This document shows, piece after piece, positions 9,843-20,774 of a DNA stretch of 64,000 bases (the first letter of the stretch is position 1; every line of letters starts with the position of its first letter). Below the pieces are notes generated by a model, which was not told the DNA's origin, did not search any database, and saw only the letters and a list, made by a program, of their open reading frames with translations. This stretch comes from a virus, in IMG/VR virus record IMGVR_UViG_3300045988_175328, positions 128,001-192,000 of that record; one strand, given 5' to 3'. The translations under genes and the position numbers were made by a program.

Positions 9843-10469
9843 ATGAATATTAAAGTATACGTCGACCGATTAAAAGAATGGATTACAATTTCTAGCGACG
9901 AAGTTCTCGATAAAAATAAAAACTTATCAGATCTTCCTGATAAAGATCAAGCTATATCTAATCTTGGACTTTATGAAAAATTCGTCTCAAAAGAAGCATT
10001 AAATTCTGGATTCTTACCTAGTGTATTTAATGCTAATAATATTATACAAGACGCTAATCATAAATTTGTTACAGATGAACAAATTGAATCTTGGTCTAAT
10101 AAAATTAATAAAGTAATTGCTTATACTGAAGGATTAGAGAATGGACAAATTGGATATAATAGTTCTAATGGTAAATTCTATATTGGCATTAATGGTGAAG
10201 ATGTTATCTTAGGCGGCCGATCGGCCTTTGATAACAGAGAAGTATATACTGGTACTTTTAATGGCGATGAGAATCCTGCAGTTGTACGTAATACATATAT
10301 TGATATAAATGGTCAAGTCGTTGCTCCTCTATACGTATCGGTTCAAGCTAATGAATTTACAGCGGGAACTCTTGGAGAAGTTAGTGTTTCATTCGATGAA
10401 AACTATATTAAAGTATACAATACTGGCTCTTTCCGTGGAGCATTCTCCTGTATGGCGGTGTACCCATGA
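9843..10469 (+). CDS. hypothetical virion protein, paralog of 10466..11065
   Basis: Shared motifs LSDLPDKDQAISNLGLYEKFVSKEALNS vs LGDIASEKDAISNLGLHEKLISKEDLIS. Both end with ...NYIKVYNTGSFRGAFSCMAVYP vs ...NFIYVGNSGDANGEFAYTVYP. Confidence 0.6.
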   Translation: MNIKVYVDRLKEWITISSDEVLDKNKNLSDLPDKDQAISNLGLYEKFVSKEALNSGFLPSVFNANNIIQDANHKFVTDEQIESWSNKINKVIAYTEGLENGQIGYNSSNGKFYIGINGEDVILGGRSAFDNREVYTGTFNGDENPAVVRNTYIDINGQVVAPLYVSVQANEFTAGTLGEVSVSFDENYIKVYNTGSFRGAFSCMAVYP

Positions 10470-11065
10470 AATGGGTTGTGAATGAAGACGGAGAAGCAAC
10501 TGTTGTTGCTTCTTCCGAATCGCTTAAAAAATACTACAATTTAGGAGATATAGCTTCTGAGAAAGATGCTATTAGTAATCTTGGATTGCATGAGAAATTA
10601 ATCTCGAAAGAAGATTTAATTTCTGCTAATTTTCATGCGTATACTATAAAAGAAACTAAGAAAAAGAAATTTATTGAAGAAGATCAGATTAATAGTTTTA
10701 ATAACAAGATGTCCGATTTTACAATTTCTGAGAATCCTTTAGTTTCTACTCACCAATCAGATCTCTACTATAATACCGCAGTAAAAAGAGTATATTTAAA
10801 ATATAACAATGAGTATTATCCGCTTAGTCCTCAATCTAAGAAAGTAATCTCTGGAAAAGATACTTTTCTTGGAAGAAATGAAGAAAAGCGTATTCCTCAT
10901 CCATTAAAATCTCGTCCTGATTTTGTTGATATCGAAGCTATTAATTCTAATACTCGTATTGGCGATATATGGGTGAAGTACGATGAAAACTTTATTTACG
11001 TCGGTAATAGCGGAGATGCTAATGGTGAATTTGCATATACTGTATATCCAAAGAAAAGTAACTAA
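10466..11065 (+). CDS. hypothetical virion protein, paralog of 9843..10469
   Basis: ATGA overlap with the upstream paralog. The similarity is described under 9843..10469. Confidence 0.6.
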   Translation: MKWVVNEDGEATVVASSESLKKYYNLGDIASEKDAISNLGLHEKLISKEDLISANFHAYTIKETKKKKFIEEDQINSFNNKMSDFTISENPLVSTHQSDLYYNTAVKRVYLKYNNEYYPLSPQSKKVISGKDTFLGRNEEKRIPHPLKSRPDFVDIEAINSNTRIGDIWVKYDENFIYVGNSGDANGEFAYTVYPKKSN

Positions 11066-14000
11066 TGAGAAAGAATAGAACATTTAAACAAGGCCGCGGC
11101 TCTGAACAATTATTAAACGAAGAACTCTATAGTATTTTTATTACGACGAAAGATTTAAATCCAGATCTCTACGATCAAGAAAGACTTGTCGGAGAAAAAG
11201 CAGTTCCTGATAATATTGTTCATGGTGCATTGTGGCGTAAAGATAGAACAAATGAACTTAAATATTATGACGCTAACAAAAAACAGTGGATTAATGTTTA
11301 TGACAATAAGTTCCAATTAATCGAGCATCTTGTCGATGAATCTACTCCAGCTGATCCCATTAAAGGACAACTTTGGATATATAATGGCATCCTTCTTTAC
11401 TTTGATGGAAAAGAATGGAAACCAATTAAATCAATTCCGGCAACTGATGCTCAATTTAATGAATCTGCATTCAGTGATTTTGCTTTCGTATCTCCACTTG
11501 CTTCTGTTGGGAATGTTGTTATTGCTTCACTAGAAAATGGCGATGTAGAACGATACGAAAACAAATTAATGACTGGATATCAGAAGTCAAAACAAGATGT
11601 TGTAACCGAAGATACTGAATGGGATCACACTTGGCAAGATTCATTCATCGATCCAGTCAAAAAGAAATTAGTCGATGATAACCATCGAACTCAATATGTA
11701 ATACCAAGCGTTCTTAATGACCGTGTATTTATTGAATCAACACTTGTTGATGACTACGAGAAAGTAAGTTCTGTTTGCTTTCAATATCCAACTGTAAAAA
11801 CAGATAATAAAATACTAAGTGCTTTGCATATAAACCATCAAAAAGTTTCTAATATTACAAAGCGCTTGTTTAAAATAAATAAAGATAACTCTCGCACGAA
11901 TGCTATTATCGAATGCGATCCTACGCATACTGAATTTTATGGATTTAGAAGTGGCAGCCGATACGGTGATCACTTATATCCATATGTCGATAAAGAAATC
12001 GATGTCGGCATTACTAATAGCACAGCAAGAGCTACGACCAATACGGTAGGTATTAAACCTATCGATGAAATCAATAAACGAAACAATCCAGATCTTAATT
12101 ACGATGAGCCAGAAAATGTAGTCGTTGCTAATCATGATAGAATTGTCGATTCCTCTATGAAAGATGATCCTGATCATAGATTTGGTGACTATGCGGTAAT
12201 GCATAAAAAGATTGCATTAAATTATCGCACTGTTCAAAAGTATGATTATATTTTAGCCATATCATATGAATATAACTGGATTAACTATACTGGCACATTA
12301 AAGAAATTAAATAATGGCAACTTGTTCCAAGGTTTCCATATTCCAGATCTACCAGAATCTATTAATCTTTTCTTCGATGGATTAATGCTTGAAGAAAGAT
12401 TTTACGATACTGATCTTAAAAATAATCTAGTTAAGCTAGAAGATAAAATATATAAAGAAGATGAAGTACATGTATTTAAAAATTTTACAAAAGATTATGG
12501 TTATATTGTTGAAACCAATCTTGATAACTACGGCATTATTTCTCTTCATAAAAAATTTAAATCACCTTTAGTATTCGTAGCCGGTGAATTAATTCATCCA
12601 ACATTTGGTGGATTGATCTACAAAGATGACAAAATTTTTGTACCGCGTGCAAAAGTAAATATGCCGTGGACAGTAATTGAAGCTTTTATTCCTGGTGAAG
12701 ATAATCCATATGCAGAAGGCACTGTTAATTTCGATTCCAATATTATTAAAGGAACCGATCGTCTTTTAAATAAAGGAAATCGAAATTACGATTGGGACGC
12801 AAATGAGTATTATAACGACGGAAGTAAAAGCTTAATTATCCAAGAAGGCCAGCTAAGTCATAATGGACAAAATGTTATTTACTACAATCCATCTGTATTA
12901 AAAGATACAGATAGTGTTATCTTCTTCTTAGACGGGATGTTAATTAATCCTAAGAATATTATTTGGAATAAAGAGTTTAACTATTTAACAGTTAAAGACG
13001 GATTATTCCCAGGACAAAAGTATTTATTACTCCGAGATCCAGATGATCGATTAATTGACAGTGCTAATCTTGTTGATACATACTATACTGGAACAGTTAG
13101 TGAATCTTTAGTTTACGTTAACGGTAAATTAATCTGTAATCAGCAGCCATTAATCTCTCCTGTTAATGAAAAAGATAGATCTATTACAGCTGGTGATGGT
13201 GAGGTTGTATTATTCATGCCAGATGATGAAGCTCAGGTATCTAGCGTTAAAATCTGGGATACGTATAAACATGAATGGCGGCTTGCTACAACTCAAGAAT
13301 TAAAAGATGTTAAATTAATCTGTACTTCATATGAGAACTCTATTACTTCTGTTAAAATTAAAACACCTGTTCTTCCAGAAGATAGTGTTAATATCTATTC
13401 CTTTAAATTCGCAGGATATAGTGAAAACAGAATTCGTATCGGAGATTTTAAACGAGACGAAACAGATACAGAAGGATTAACATATCTTCTTGAGTTCGAT
13501 AAGTATGCTCCACGTATGAATAGTTTAACTGTATTTAGAAATGGTGTTCGCCAAGTATTAGACTCTGATTATGTGGAGTCGGAAGATGGCAAATCAATTA
13601 AATTCTTATGGCCGGCAGGTTCTATTAAGGCTCATGAGAAAATTCATTATACTATCGAAACATCTGATACTAATCGCAATAAGGTAATGGATGTTGTTGT
13701 TCTCGATAACAATGACTCTATCGGTACGAATGTTTACAAAATTCCAGATAAATCTGATTTACAGTTATATCCTGGCAGACTAGTCGTGTATCGTAATGGA
13801 GTCCGTCTTCCAGATAACGAATGGACACTTCTAGGAAATAAAACAATTCAGATCATTAAAACTGATCGACCATACATTGGTACAACTAAATCTAATTTCC
13901 CGAGAGAAACATATTTTAAAGAAGAATTAGACTACACATACGAAGTCGAACACCATTATCCTGACCGATTAATTATCGAGATCCGACAAGACTATGGCCG

Positions 14001-14352
14001 GAAAGAAGCTACTTTCTTGTCTAAATATAATCGAATTCCAGAGTATCCAATTAAAGATTACGATATTGATCCTTTAATCCTTGAGTCAAAAGATGAAGTT
14101 CTTTTCTATATCAATGGACTATTCACTGGATTAAGTCGAAATATGGACAGAGGATATCTTTTAAATAAATACAAATCATGCATTACATTTATGGATCCTA
14201 AAATAGCTGCAATGATTGCGACCGATCCGCTTTACATTGAACTATATGAGAACCCATTAAAAATGGAAGCATGGAAAGAAAGAACTGGTCTTTCTGAATA
14301 CAAAACTTCAATTAAACACTACATTACATATGATTATAGAACCGGTGAATAA
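11065..14352 (+). CDS. large hypothetical virion protein (1095 aa), tail/baseplate module
   Basis: Uninterrupted 3.3-kb ORF with TAATG overlaps on both sides. It has the fibre-like motif PIKGQLWIYNGILLYFDGKEWKPI. Confidence 0.55.
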   Translation: MRKNRTFKQGRGSEQLLNEELYSIFITTKDLNPDLYDQERLVGEKAVPDNIVHGALWRKDRTNELKYYDANKKQWINVYDNKFQLIEHLVDESTPADPIKGQLWIYNGILLYFDGKEWKPIKSIPATDAQFNESAFSDFAFVSPLASVGNVVIASLENGDVERYENKLMTGYQKSKQDVVTEDTEWDHTWQDSFIDPVKKKLVDDNHRTQYVIPSVLNDRVFIESTLVDDYEKVSSVCFQYPTVKTDNKILSALHINHQKVSNITKRLFKINKDNSRTNAIIECDPTHTEFYGFRSGSRYGDHLYPYVDKEIDVGITNSTARATTNTVGIKPIDEINKRNNPDLNYDEPENVVVANHDRIVDSSMKDDPDHRFGDYAVMHKKIALNYRTVQKYDYILAISYEYNWINYTGTLKKLNNGNLFQGFHIPDLPESINLFFDGLMLEERFYDTDLKNNLVKLEDKIYKEDEVHVFKNFTKDYGYIVETNLDNYGIISLHKKFKSPLVFVAGELIHPTFGGLIYKDDKIFVPRAKVNMPWTVIEAFIPGEDNPYAEGTVNFDSNIIKGTDRLLNKGNRNYDWDANEYYNDGSKSLIIQEGQLSHNGQNVIYYNPSVLKDTDSVIFFLDGMLINPKNIIWNKEFNYLTVKDGLFPGQKYLLLRDPDDRLIDSANLVDTYYTGTVSESLVYVNGKLICNQQPLISPVNEKDRSITAGDGEVVLFMPDDEAQVSSVKIWDTYKHEWRLATTQELKDVKLICTSYENSITSVKIKTPVLPEDSVNIYSFKFAGYSENRIRIGDFKRDETDTEGLTYLLEFDKYAPRMNSLTVFRNGVRQVLDSDYVESEDGKSIKFLWPAGSIKAHEKIHYTIETSDTNRNKVMDVVVLDNNDSIGTNVYKIPDKSDLQLYPGRLVVYRNGVRLPDNEWTLLGNKTIQIIKTDRPYIGTTKSNFPRETYFKEELDYTYEVEHHYPDRLIIEIRQDYGRKEATFLSKYNRIPEYPIKDYDIDPLILESKDEVLFYINGLFTGLSRNMDRGYLLNKYKSCITFMDPKIAAMIATDPLYIELYENPLKMEAWKERTGLSEYKTSIKHYITYDYRTGE

Positions 14353-16430
14353 TGAGCGTTAATCAATATCAAAAAGTAACGATCAATCAGATCGATATGG
14401 ACGCAGTTACTGAAGCAGTTATTGCAAAAGGTAATTTAGTCTATCGTACAGATCGTGCAGGAAAAACAGCTGAGGATGTCGATAAAGTATCGGGAACCCC
14501 ATCTAATAAAATCGCTATTGCTGTCGATGGCGATAGAACTACCGTACGAAATGCTCAAACTTTAAATGGAAAAGATCTTTCTTATTTCATGAGCAAGCAA
14601 GATGGTGGCAATTTAACAGAATCTGCTAAAGATATGTCTGGCAAATTTGCCGACGATATTTTAGATATTCGTGATGAACTATATCAATTACGCGGCCAAT
14701 TAGCTAAAAATGGCTATGTTAAAGATATTGGATATTATCATGGATTCTATGACGGATTCCGCAGCTTTGATCCTAAACATTTACACAAATTATTAGCATC
14801 GACAGAGAACATTCCACAAGATGCTAAGAATATTTTAAAATTAACTCCGAATGCAGATATGGATGTATTCGATAAATTCGATTACATCGCTATCGTAAAT
14901 AAACAAACAGGATTAGAATGTATTCGTCAAATCTTATCTGTTGATAAACCTAATAAAACAATTACTCTTGAAAGAAATATTGCAAATGCAGTATTAGTTC
15001 AAAATCTTGAGTATTATGAAGTATATAAATCTTATGGTACAATCCATGAAGGTGGATTTAAAATTGCTCGCCCTCTTGAAGCAGTTATGGGTGATGAGCT
15101 ATATGCTTCTGGCGTAACAGATGATACGAATCGAACTCATGTTAAAATGATGAGTCCAGGTAAGGGCTTTGCTACAACACTTAAATTTACTGAAGGTAAA
15201 ATGGGTTATCTTAAAACTGTAGAACTTTGTTTAAAAGCCTATGGTAATCCAGGTCCAGTACAATGTTTCCTTATCGATTCTCGTGATATTAAGCAGTTTA
15301 AAAACGGATCTCAAGCAGAAGCTCTTCATCTAAATAACTCTACGGCGACTACGCCAGAAGCAAATCCGATGAAGTTTTTTGCCAAGACACAGCCAAAAGC
15401 AATTAAAGCATCTGTTGAGCGACAATATGTTAAATTCTCTTTTGAGAATAATGGTAAATTCCCGATCATTCCAGACAACTACTATGGCGATCCTACTCGT
15501 TATTGTTTAATCGTTGAATTTAATGATGTCGATACTAATAACTACTATGAGATGACTTTGATTCATCATGAAGGAACAGATTTACAAATTAACAATACGT
15601 TCTACAAATATGTGCAACGTAGTGATAATTCCGTGACACCTTCTTTAAGCGAAGACGATGAGACAAAAAAAATAGATATGTACTATCAATTCATTACGCA
15701 GGAAAAGATTACTAATCAACCTAGCCCTGTTAAAGAAGGTTTATATAGCGCGCATATCTATAATAAAAATCATCAAAAAGGAAATCGTGCCCGTGTTGAA
15801 CTTCGCATTAAACGAGAAGGTTTGTATAATGCAGAGCTATTAAAATCTCCAGCTTTATTAAATACTGATCCTTTAGTCTTGCGCCGAAGCTCTTTAAATG
15901 ATACAATAAACACAGTACAAGAATTAAATCTTAGAACAGAAATTAGTAAGCCATTAGAATTACGTCGCGGCGATACTTCTGATATCAGTGAACTTGTAAC
16001 AACTATTGTTGGCGAGAATATCGTAAAAACAAAAGGTATCACCGATGAAGCAATTACATTTATGTCTCCGATTTTAGCGGCAGATAATGATCCTGTATAT
16101 CGTATGGGGTATTCAGTTGCTATCAAGGCTCGTAAATTTAAACTTGAAAATGGAGAACTCGTTAAGACAGATTTTAAACGATTCCCGTTAATGCTTAAAG
16201 AAGTTGTTAAAGACTTACGTCAGTTTGATGAGACAACTAGTGATCGCTTAATTTTTGAAACAGATTTATTCAATGAAGGCCAAGATATTGTAGATTACAA
16301 TGACTATGAACTTCAGATTTTCTGGGAGAATCCAGAGATTAGCAGAAGTACAATTACTTCACAAGAACAGATGGGTCAAATTAGAGAAGTAACAGTTAGC
16401 TTCTCTTCAGTCCCTAAACAAATTAAATAA
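14352..16430 (+). CDS. hypothetical virion protein (692 aa)
   Basis: Long ORF with a TAATG overlap to the upstream gene, followed by an intrinsic terminator. Confidence 0.55.
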   Translation: MSVNQYQKVTINQIDMDAVTEAVIAKGNLVYRTDRAGKTAEDVDKVSGTPSNKIAIAVDGDRTTVRNAQTLNGKDLSYFMSKQDGGNLTESAKDMSGKFADDILDIRDELYQLRGQLAKNGYVKDIGYYHGFYDGFRSFDPKHLHKLLASTENIPQDAKNILKLTPNADMDVFDKFDYIAIVNKQTGLECIRQILSVDKPNKTITLERNIANAVLVQNLEYYEVYKSYGTIHEGGFKIARPLEAVMGDELYASGVTDDTNRTHVKMMSPGKGFATTLKFTEGKMGYLKTVELCLKAYGNPGPVQCFLIDSRDIKQFKNGSQAEALHLNNSTATTPEANPMKFFAKTQPKAIKASVERQYVKFSFENNGKFPIIPDNYYGDPTRYCLIVEFNDVDTNNYYEMTLIHHEGTDLQINNTFYKYVQRSDNSVTPSLSEDDETKKIDMYYQFITQEKITNQPSPVKEGLYSAHIYNKNHQKGNRARVELRIKREGLYNAELLKSPALLNTDPLVLRRSSLNDTINTVQELNLRTEISKPLELRRGDTSDISELVTTIVGENIVKTKGITDEAITFMSPILAADNDPVYRMGYSVAIKARKFKLENGELVKTDFKRFPLMLKEVVKDLRQFDETTSDRLIFETDLFNEGQDIVDYNDYELQIFWENPEISRSTITSQEQMGQIREVTVSFSSVPKQIK

Positions 16431-16441
16431 CAATAATAATA

Positions 16442-16470
16442 AGCCGGGGCTAACGCCTCGGCTATTTTTC
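16442..16470 (+). terminator. rho-independent terminator
   Basis: AGCCGGGG (16442-16449) / CCTCGGCT (16456-16463) stem with one G-U pair, then ATTTTT. Confidence 0.7.
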
Positions 16471-16484
16471 TAAGAAGGATTAGT

Positions 16485-17336
16485 ATGATTACAAGTATCG
16501 AAGACTTTAAAGAACAAATAGATTATCTTGAGAACCATTTATCTGTTCCTAAATTCGAATCCTCGCAAATCATGAACTCGAAGTTGTTCAATGAATATCT
16601 AAGTTCTCTTGAAGAGTCTATCGAAAGTACTACTCTTGCAATGAGAACATTAGAAGATTGCGGAGATTTCTTAGAAATATATTTAAGTGATATGATTTTA
16701 AAATATGATAAAGAATTCCAAAATATCTTAAATTCTATTAATCAAAATCAGTCGCTATATCAAGATAAAAATTATCGAACTAATTTAGTTAATTTTAATC
16801 AAAACTCTGTTGTCAAAGATAGAGATGGTAATGAATTGCCAAATAAGAATATTAATATTCAAAAAGAAAATGATTTCCGGGCTATTATGCCAGCCGAAAA
16901 TAAAACTATATATTCTTACGATTCTTTAAAAAATGGTATTTTAATTATCAATAAAAATAATTTTTCTTCCGTTAAAACGAGAGATATTTCTGAAATAATC
17001 GTTAAATTAAAAACATCTCTACTTTGCAATAAAATAAATTTACAGTTAGTTAATGCTGATGCTATTATTCAGATTAACAACGATCCACGAGAATTTAAAG
17101 CTAATGAATATTTTAAACCGACATTAGTTGATACGTTAAAAATTAAATTAATATCTAAAAAAGAAGAAAATTCACAAATCCTTGCTCGTAAATCAGTTAA
17201 TAATTTTATCAATAATCTTAATTCAGATAATTTATCTGAGTCAAAATTAATGAAAAAAGATGTCGATAAAAAAGCTGAGATTTACTACCGCAACGATGTT
17301 ACGAAATATTTAAATCATGAACGACACAAAACTTAA
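16485..17336 (+). CDS. hypothetical protein
   Basis: SD AGAAGGA 8 nt upstream of the ATG. 283-aa ORF, first gene after the terminator. Confidence 0.6.
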   Translation: MITSIEDFKEQIDYLENHLSVPKFESSQIMNSKLFNEYLSSLEESIESTTLAMRTLEDCGDFLEIYLSDMILKYDKEFQNILNSINQNQSLYQDKNYRTNLVNFNQNSVVKDRDGNELPNKNINIQKENDFRAIMPAENKTIYSYDSLKNGILIINKNNFSSVKTRDISEIIVKLKTSLLCNKINLQLVNADAIIQINNDPREFKANEYFKPTLVDTLKIKLISKKEENSQILARKSVNNFINNLNSDNLSESKLMKKDVDKKAEIYYRNDVTKYLNHERHKT

Positions 17337-17523
17337 TCTTTCCTGCAAATTTTGCGGTGAAGATAATTACTTTAAGATAATAACAGCAGATGTTCAGGTT
17401 GGACGCAATGTCTTCTTTTTGAAGAAAGCTTATTGCAATCGTTGCAATTCATACGTCCACTCTGAATTATGCGATAAAATAAATTCACAAATAATAAATA
17501 AGGAGGAATTATCGATTGGCTGA
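17317..17523 (+). CDS. small zinc-ribbon protein
   Basis: 68 aa with CKFCGED...(27 aa)...CNRCNSYVH, two CxxC pairs. It overlaps both neighbours. Confidence 0.5.
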   Translation: MNDTKLNLSCKFCGEDNYFKIITADVQVGRNVFFLKKAYCNRCNSYVHSELCDKINSQIINKEELSIG

Positions 17524-18178
17524 TGAGATACGCGTCACGTCTAAGCTAACAGTTTCTGATATGGGGGTTAGGTTAGATACCGATAATACTGTTAGTGTAT
17601 CTGCTAGACCTATCCCTAAAAAGAATACATTTGATGACGATAAACAAATCGTATCTAATATTGAATATCGATATGGATTTTCTGATTTGGAATTAGTGCA
17701 AGATCAAGCGGCTCCGTCTTACGGAGTCGTTTCTTCTCCGATTACTATAAATAGTAGTCAATATGTAACTATCAGTACAAGTAATGACGTTAGTCCTATT
17801 GAATATTCTATTATCGATTCCACTATAGAAAAACCAATTATCCCAGTCAACATATCTGAGATTCGATACGAAAAAGCATTTGAAAAATTACCGCCGCGAT
17901 TTACTCCGGTCGGTAAAATTTCTTTTTTTGAACAGGAAGGAACAGAGTTCACTAAGAAAAAAGAATTTAGTACTGTTCAAGAATATCTAAACTACAAAAA
18001 AGATCCGAATAAGGTTCAAGCAATTTCATATATTCCACATTCAGGGAAGCGATTAAAATTAGAATCGAATACAGTAATTTTAAAAATTATTGTGCGACAA
18101 TATAATAAAGATATTCCAGTCCAATTACCGACAGTATATCTTAATAATCATGAGGAAAAATTAGGATGGAATCGCTAA
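17516..18178 (+). CDS. hypothetical protein (TTG start)
   Basis: AAGGAGG lies 9 nt upstream of TTG 17516. 220-aa ORF. Confidence 0.55.
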   Translation: MADEIRVTSKLTVSDMGVRLDTDNTVSVSARPIPKKNTFDDDKQIVSNIEYRYGFSDLELVQDQAAPSYGVVSSPITINSSQYVTISTSNDVSPIEYSIIDSTIEKPIIPVNISEIRYEKAFEKLPPRFTPVGKISFFEQEGTEFTKKKEFSTVQEYLNYKKDPNKVQAISYIPHSGKRLKLESNTVILKIIVRQYNKDIPVQLPTVYLNNHEEKLGWNR

Positions 18179-19437
18179 AAAACACAAACGTGAAATATGC
18201 TTTTATGCAAGCTTTAATGGATGAAGGTAGACATAAATCATATAAAGAATTGTCGTCTATCCAAGACAATAAACCTATCATGCGTCCTCATTCATTAATT
18301 AACGACGAAGAGATAGATTACCAAGATGTGAATGAAGATATGCTTGCGTCTAGTTTTGATCTACTGTCTTTAAATACGAATATATCAGAATTAGCAACTG
18401 AATATAGAGCCTTAGTAGATTATGTTGAGTTATCGCTTCTCGATACAAAAGCTCGTCTTGAAGAAGAAAAATCTAGACTCGAAGATGTCAATATTCTTTG
18501 TTCAAACTATAAAGATTTTAATATCGTAATTCCTTTATCTGAGCTAAGCTTTAACGGGAATATTAAGCAATATAAAAATATTCTTACAGCAGAGCCTACG
18601 ATTGAACAAGATATTGAATATAATATTATCAATGTGAACGGGAATGGGAGTTCTGACGATAATATTTACAATATAACAAATACTGAATCTAATAAGATGT
18701 ACTCCTACAAACGATACTTCTCTTATGATAAAGATAAAGCTTCTAGTTCTGTTCACATCGATAATATAGATGCACAATTAGCATTAACTATATCTTCTAA
18801 TCAGATTAATGAATTACTCATCTCTGTTAATAAAGAAACAGAAATTCTAAAAGTAGAAGTATCGAATGATCTTGCGAATTGGTCTGTAGTTAGTCATGAT
18901 TTCAATAATAGCATGACTGCGTATAAATATATATATGAAAGCGGCCGATATCATATTGTATTTTCAAGTTCTAATTACGTAAGAATTACCCTTAAGGGCA
19001 CGAAAGTAGAAGAACTAAAAGATACTCCAAATGTATATGCTAAAGTGATTGAGGTTTCTCAAATCGTAACACGATCTAGACAGTTTATCGAAGCTACTGG
19101 TATTACTGATAATTTAATTACGGCAGGTTCTGCTCATGCTGTCGGAATTTATTATGATTTATACTTACCTTCCTTTATGAAATCGCAAGCATCTCGTATC
19201 GAAACTGCATTAATTGTAAATGGCGATCGGTACAATGTAATCCCACTAAATGAACATGACGACGGCATTAAGATAATTAAAAATACGAATATATCGATAA
19301 GAAATAAATATTCTGTATTTATTGATGCTCCGATTACTTCTTTACAGTTAGAAATGAGTATACCTACATTTCAAGGATATTCTCCGTATATTGCTAATTT
19401 AAAAGTATGCTTAGGAAGGCGATCTAAAGATGTATAA
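18166..19437 (+). CDS. hypothetical protein
   Basis: 423-aa ORF that overlaps its neighbours; SD-like AGGAAAAATTAGGATG context. Confidence 0.6.
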   Translation: MESLKNTNVKYAFMQALMDEGRHKSYKELSSIQDNKPIMRPHSLINDEEIDYQDVNEDMLASSFDLLSLNTNISELATEYRALVDYVELSLLDTKARLEEEKSRLEDVNILCSNYKDFNIVIPLSELSFNGNIKQYKNILTAEPTIEQDIEYNIINVNGNGSSDDNIYNITNTESNKMYSYKRYFSYDKDKASSSVHIDNIDAQLALTISSNQINELLISVNKETEILKVEVSNDLANWSVVSHDFNNSMTAYKYIYESGRYHIVFSSSNYVRITLKGTKVEELKDTPNVYAKVIEVSQIVTRSRQFIEATGITDNLITAGSAHAVGIYYDLYLPSFMKSQASRIETALIVNGDRYNVIPLNEHDDGIKIIKNTNISIRNKYSVFIDAPITSLQLEMSIPTFQGYSPYIANLKVCLGRRSKDV

Positions 19438-20575
19438 AGACGAAATTAAAAAAATCGAATACTTTAAACAGAAGATTGTTAATATGTATTTAGCACGCGG
19501 TGAATACGCGAACGAATCAATGATTGAATCAGAATTATCTTCTTTTAATGAGCGCCTTAGTATTTTTAAACATAAATATATTGAAGATCATACGAAATTA
19601 AATGTCGAGCAATATAATGAAGAACTATGTGCTATCTATCAGGATTTAAGGATTCTTTACGAGACACTTTATGAGCTTCAAATAAAAGAGTTTAATAAAC
19701 GTAAACGAATGGTTGCTCAAAGATTAGCATATATAGGTTCTATCGCTCGTGAATATTATCACCGTTCTAGACTTGAAACGATCTCTATTTTTGGAGATAC
19801 GTTGGTATATGAATCTGGCGATTACAACTATGAATATAAAGATGGATTTACTTATATCAAATTAAATCCTATCAGCACATTTGAAGGGGCTTCTCTAGTA
19901 TTCTTAGTTGAAGATGAAAATGTATCGTCTGATCTGTTCACATTAGAATTAACTTTGACCGAGAATATTAAACCATATACGTCAAATGGAGATATTCATA
20001 CTGTTAGTGGATCTCCTAATATTAAAGAAATCCCATTTACAATTAATAAGAATTTAATTAATAAAACTGGCTATGTATTAGATCACGAATATAACCATTT
20101 GGAGAAGTATAAAATATTTCACAATAAAGGTTGTATTATGGTCGATAATACTCCTATGACATTAGCTGAATATTATAAAAAAGAATTCACTGATGAGCAT
20201 GTCGTAAAATTTTACGTACATAAAAGTACATCATTAAAGATATCAAGTACTCTAGGTTATTATGATTCTAATATCCAAAATACACCTAATGAAACAGATA
20301 AAGAGATTAAGTTTTATTATGCTAAAGTTCCGGCTTACGGGCATATTCTAATTAACACAAATGGAACATTATTCTCTGAAGTAAGTATTCCGATTGTTAA
20401 AGAAAATAAATTAATTGCCTCTACTTTAATCCAATCGGTAAGCGATCATCTTTTATCTGTAACATCTTACGATAAGCCTAAAGAATATAAGACTCCTGTT
20501 GTCGCATATAAGGGAAATCTTGATCTATCAGGACTAAAATATATAGCTGTTAAACAAGTACAATATGGTGAATAA
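19430..20575 (+). CDS. hypothetical protein
   Basis: 381-aa ORF with an 8-nt overlap to the upstream gene. Confidence 0.6.
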   Translation: MYKDEIKKIEYFKQKIVNMYLARGEYANESMIESELSSFNERLSIFKHKYIEDHTKLNVEQYNEELCAIYQDLRILYETLYELQIKEFNKRKRMVAQRLAYIGSIAREYYHRSRLETISIFGDTLVYESGDYNYEYKDGFTYIKLNPISTFEGASLVFLVEDENVSSDLFTLELTLTENIKPYTSNGDIHTVSGSPNIKEIPFTINKNLINKTGYVLDHEYNHLEKYKIFHNKGCIMVDNTPMTLAEYYKKEFTDEHVVKFYVHKSTSLKISSTLGYYDSNIQNTPNETDKEIKFYYAKVPAYGHILINTNGTLFSEVSIPIVKENKLIASTLIQSVSDHLLSVTSYDKPKEYKTPVVAYKGNLDLSGLKYIAVKQVQYGE

Positions 20576-20773
20576 ATGATCTATTATAACATAAATGCGA
20601 ATGGCGCTTGGGAGTACGACAAGCTCGCTTTGAATTATTACAATTTATTTAATGAAATTCAGTGGCGACTTGAAAAAATAAAACCCTTACTTGAAGAAAA
20701 AACTATTTCTAATAAAGCAATATATAGCGAAGAAACTTCCAAGCTATACATGCAATTAAAATATAAGGAATAA
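20576..20773 (+). CDS. hypothetical small protein
   Basis: 65-aa ORF that starts immediately after the upstream stop (TAAATG). Confidence 0.45.
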   Translation: MIYYNINANGAWEYDKLALNYYNLFNEIQWRLEKIKPLLEEKTISNKAIYSEETSKLYMQLKYKE

Positions 20774-20774
20774 T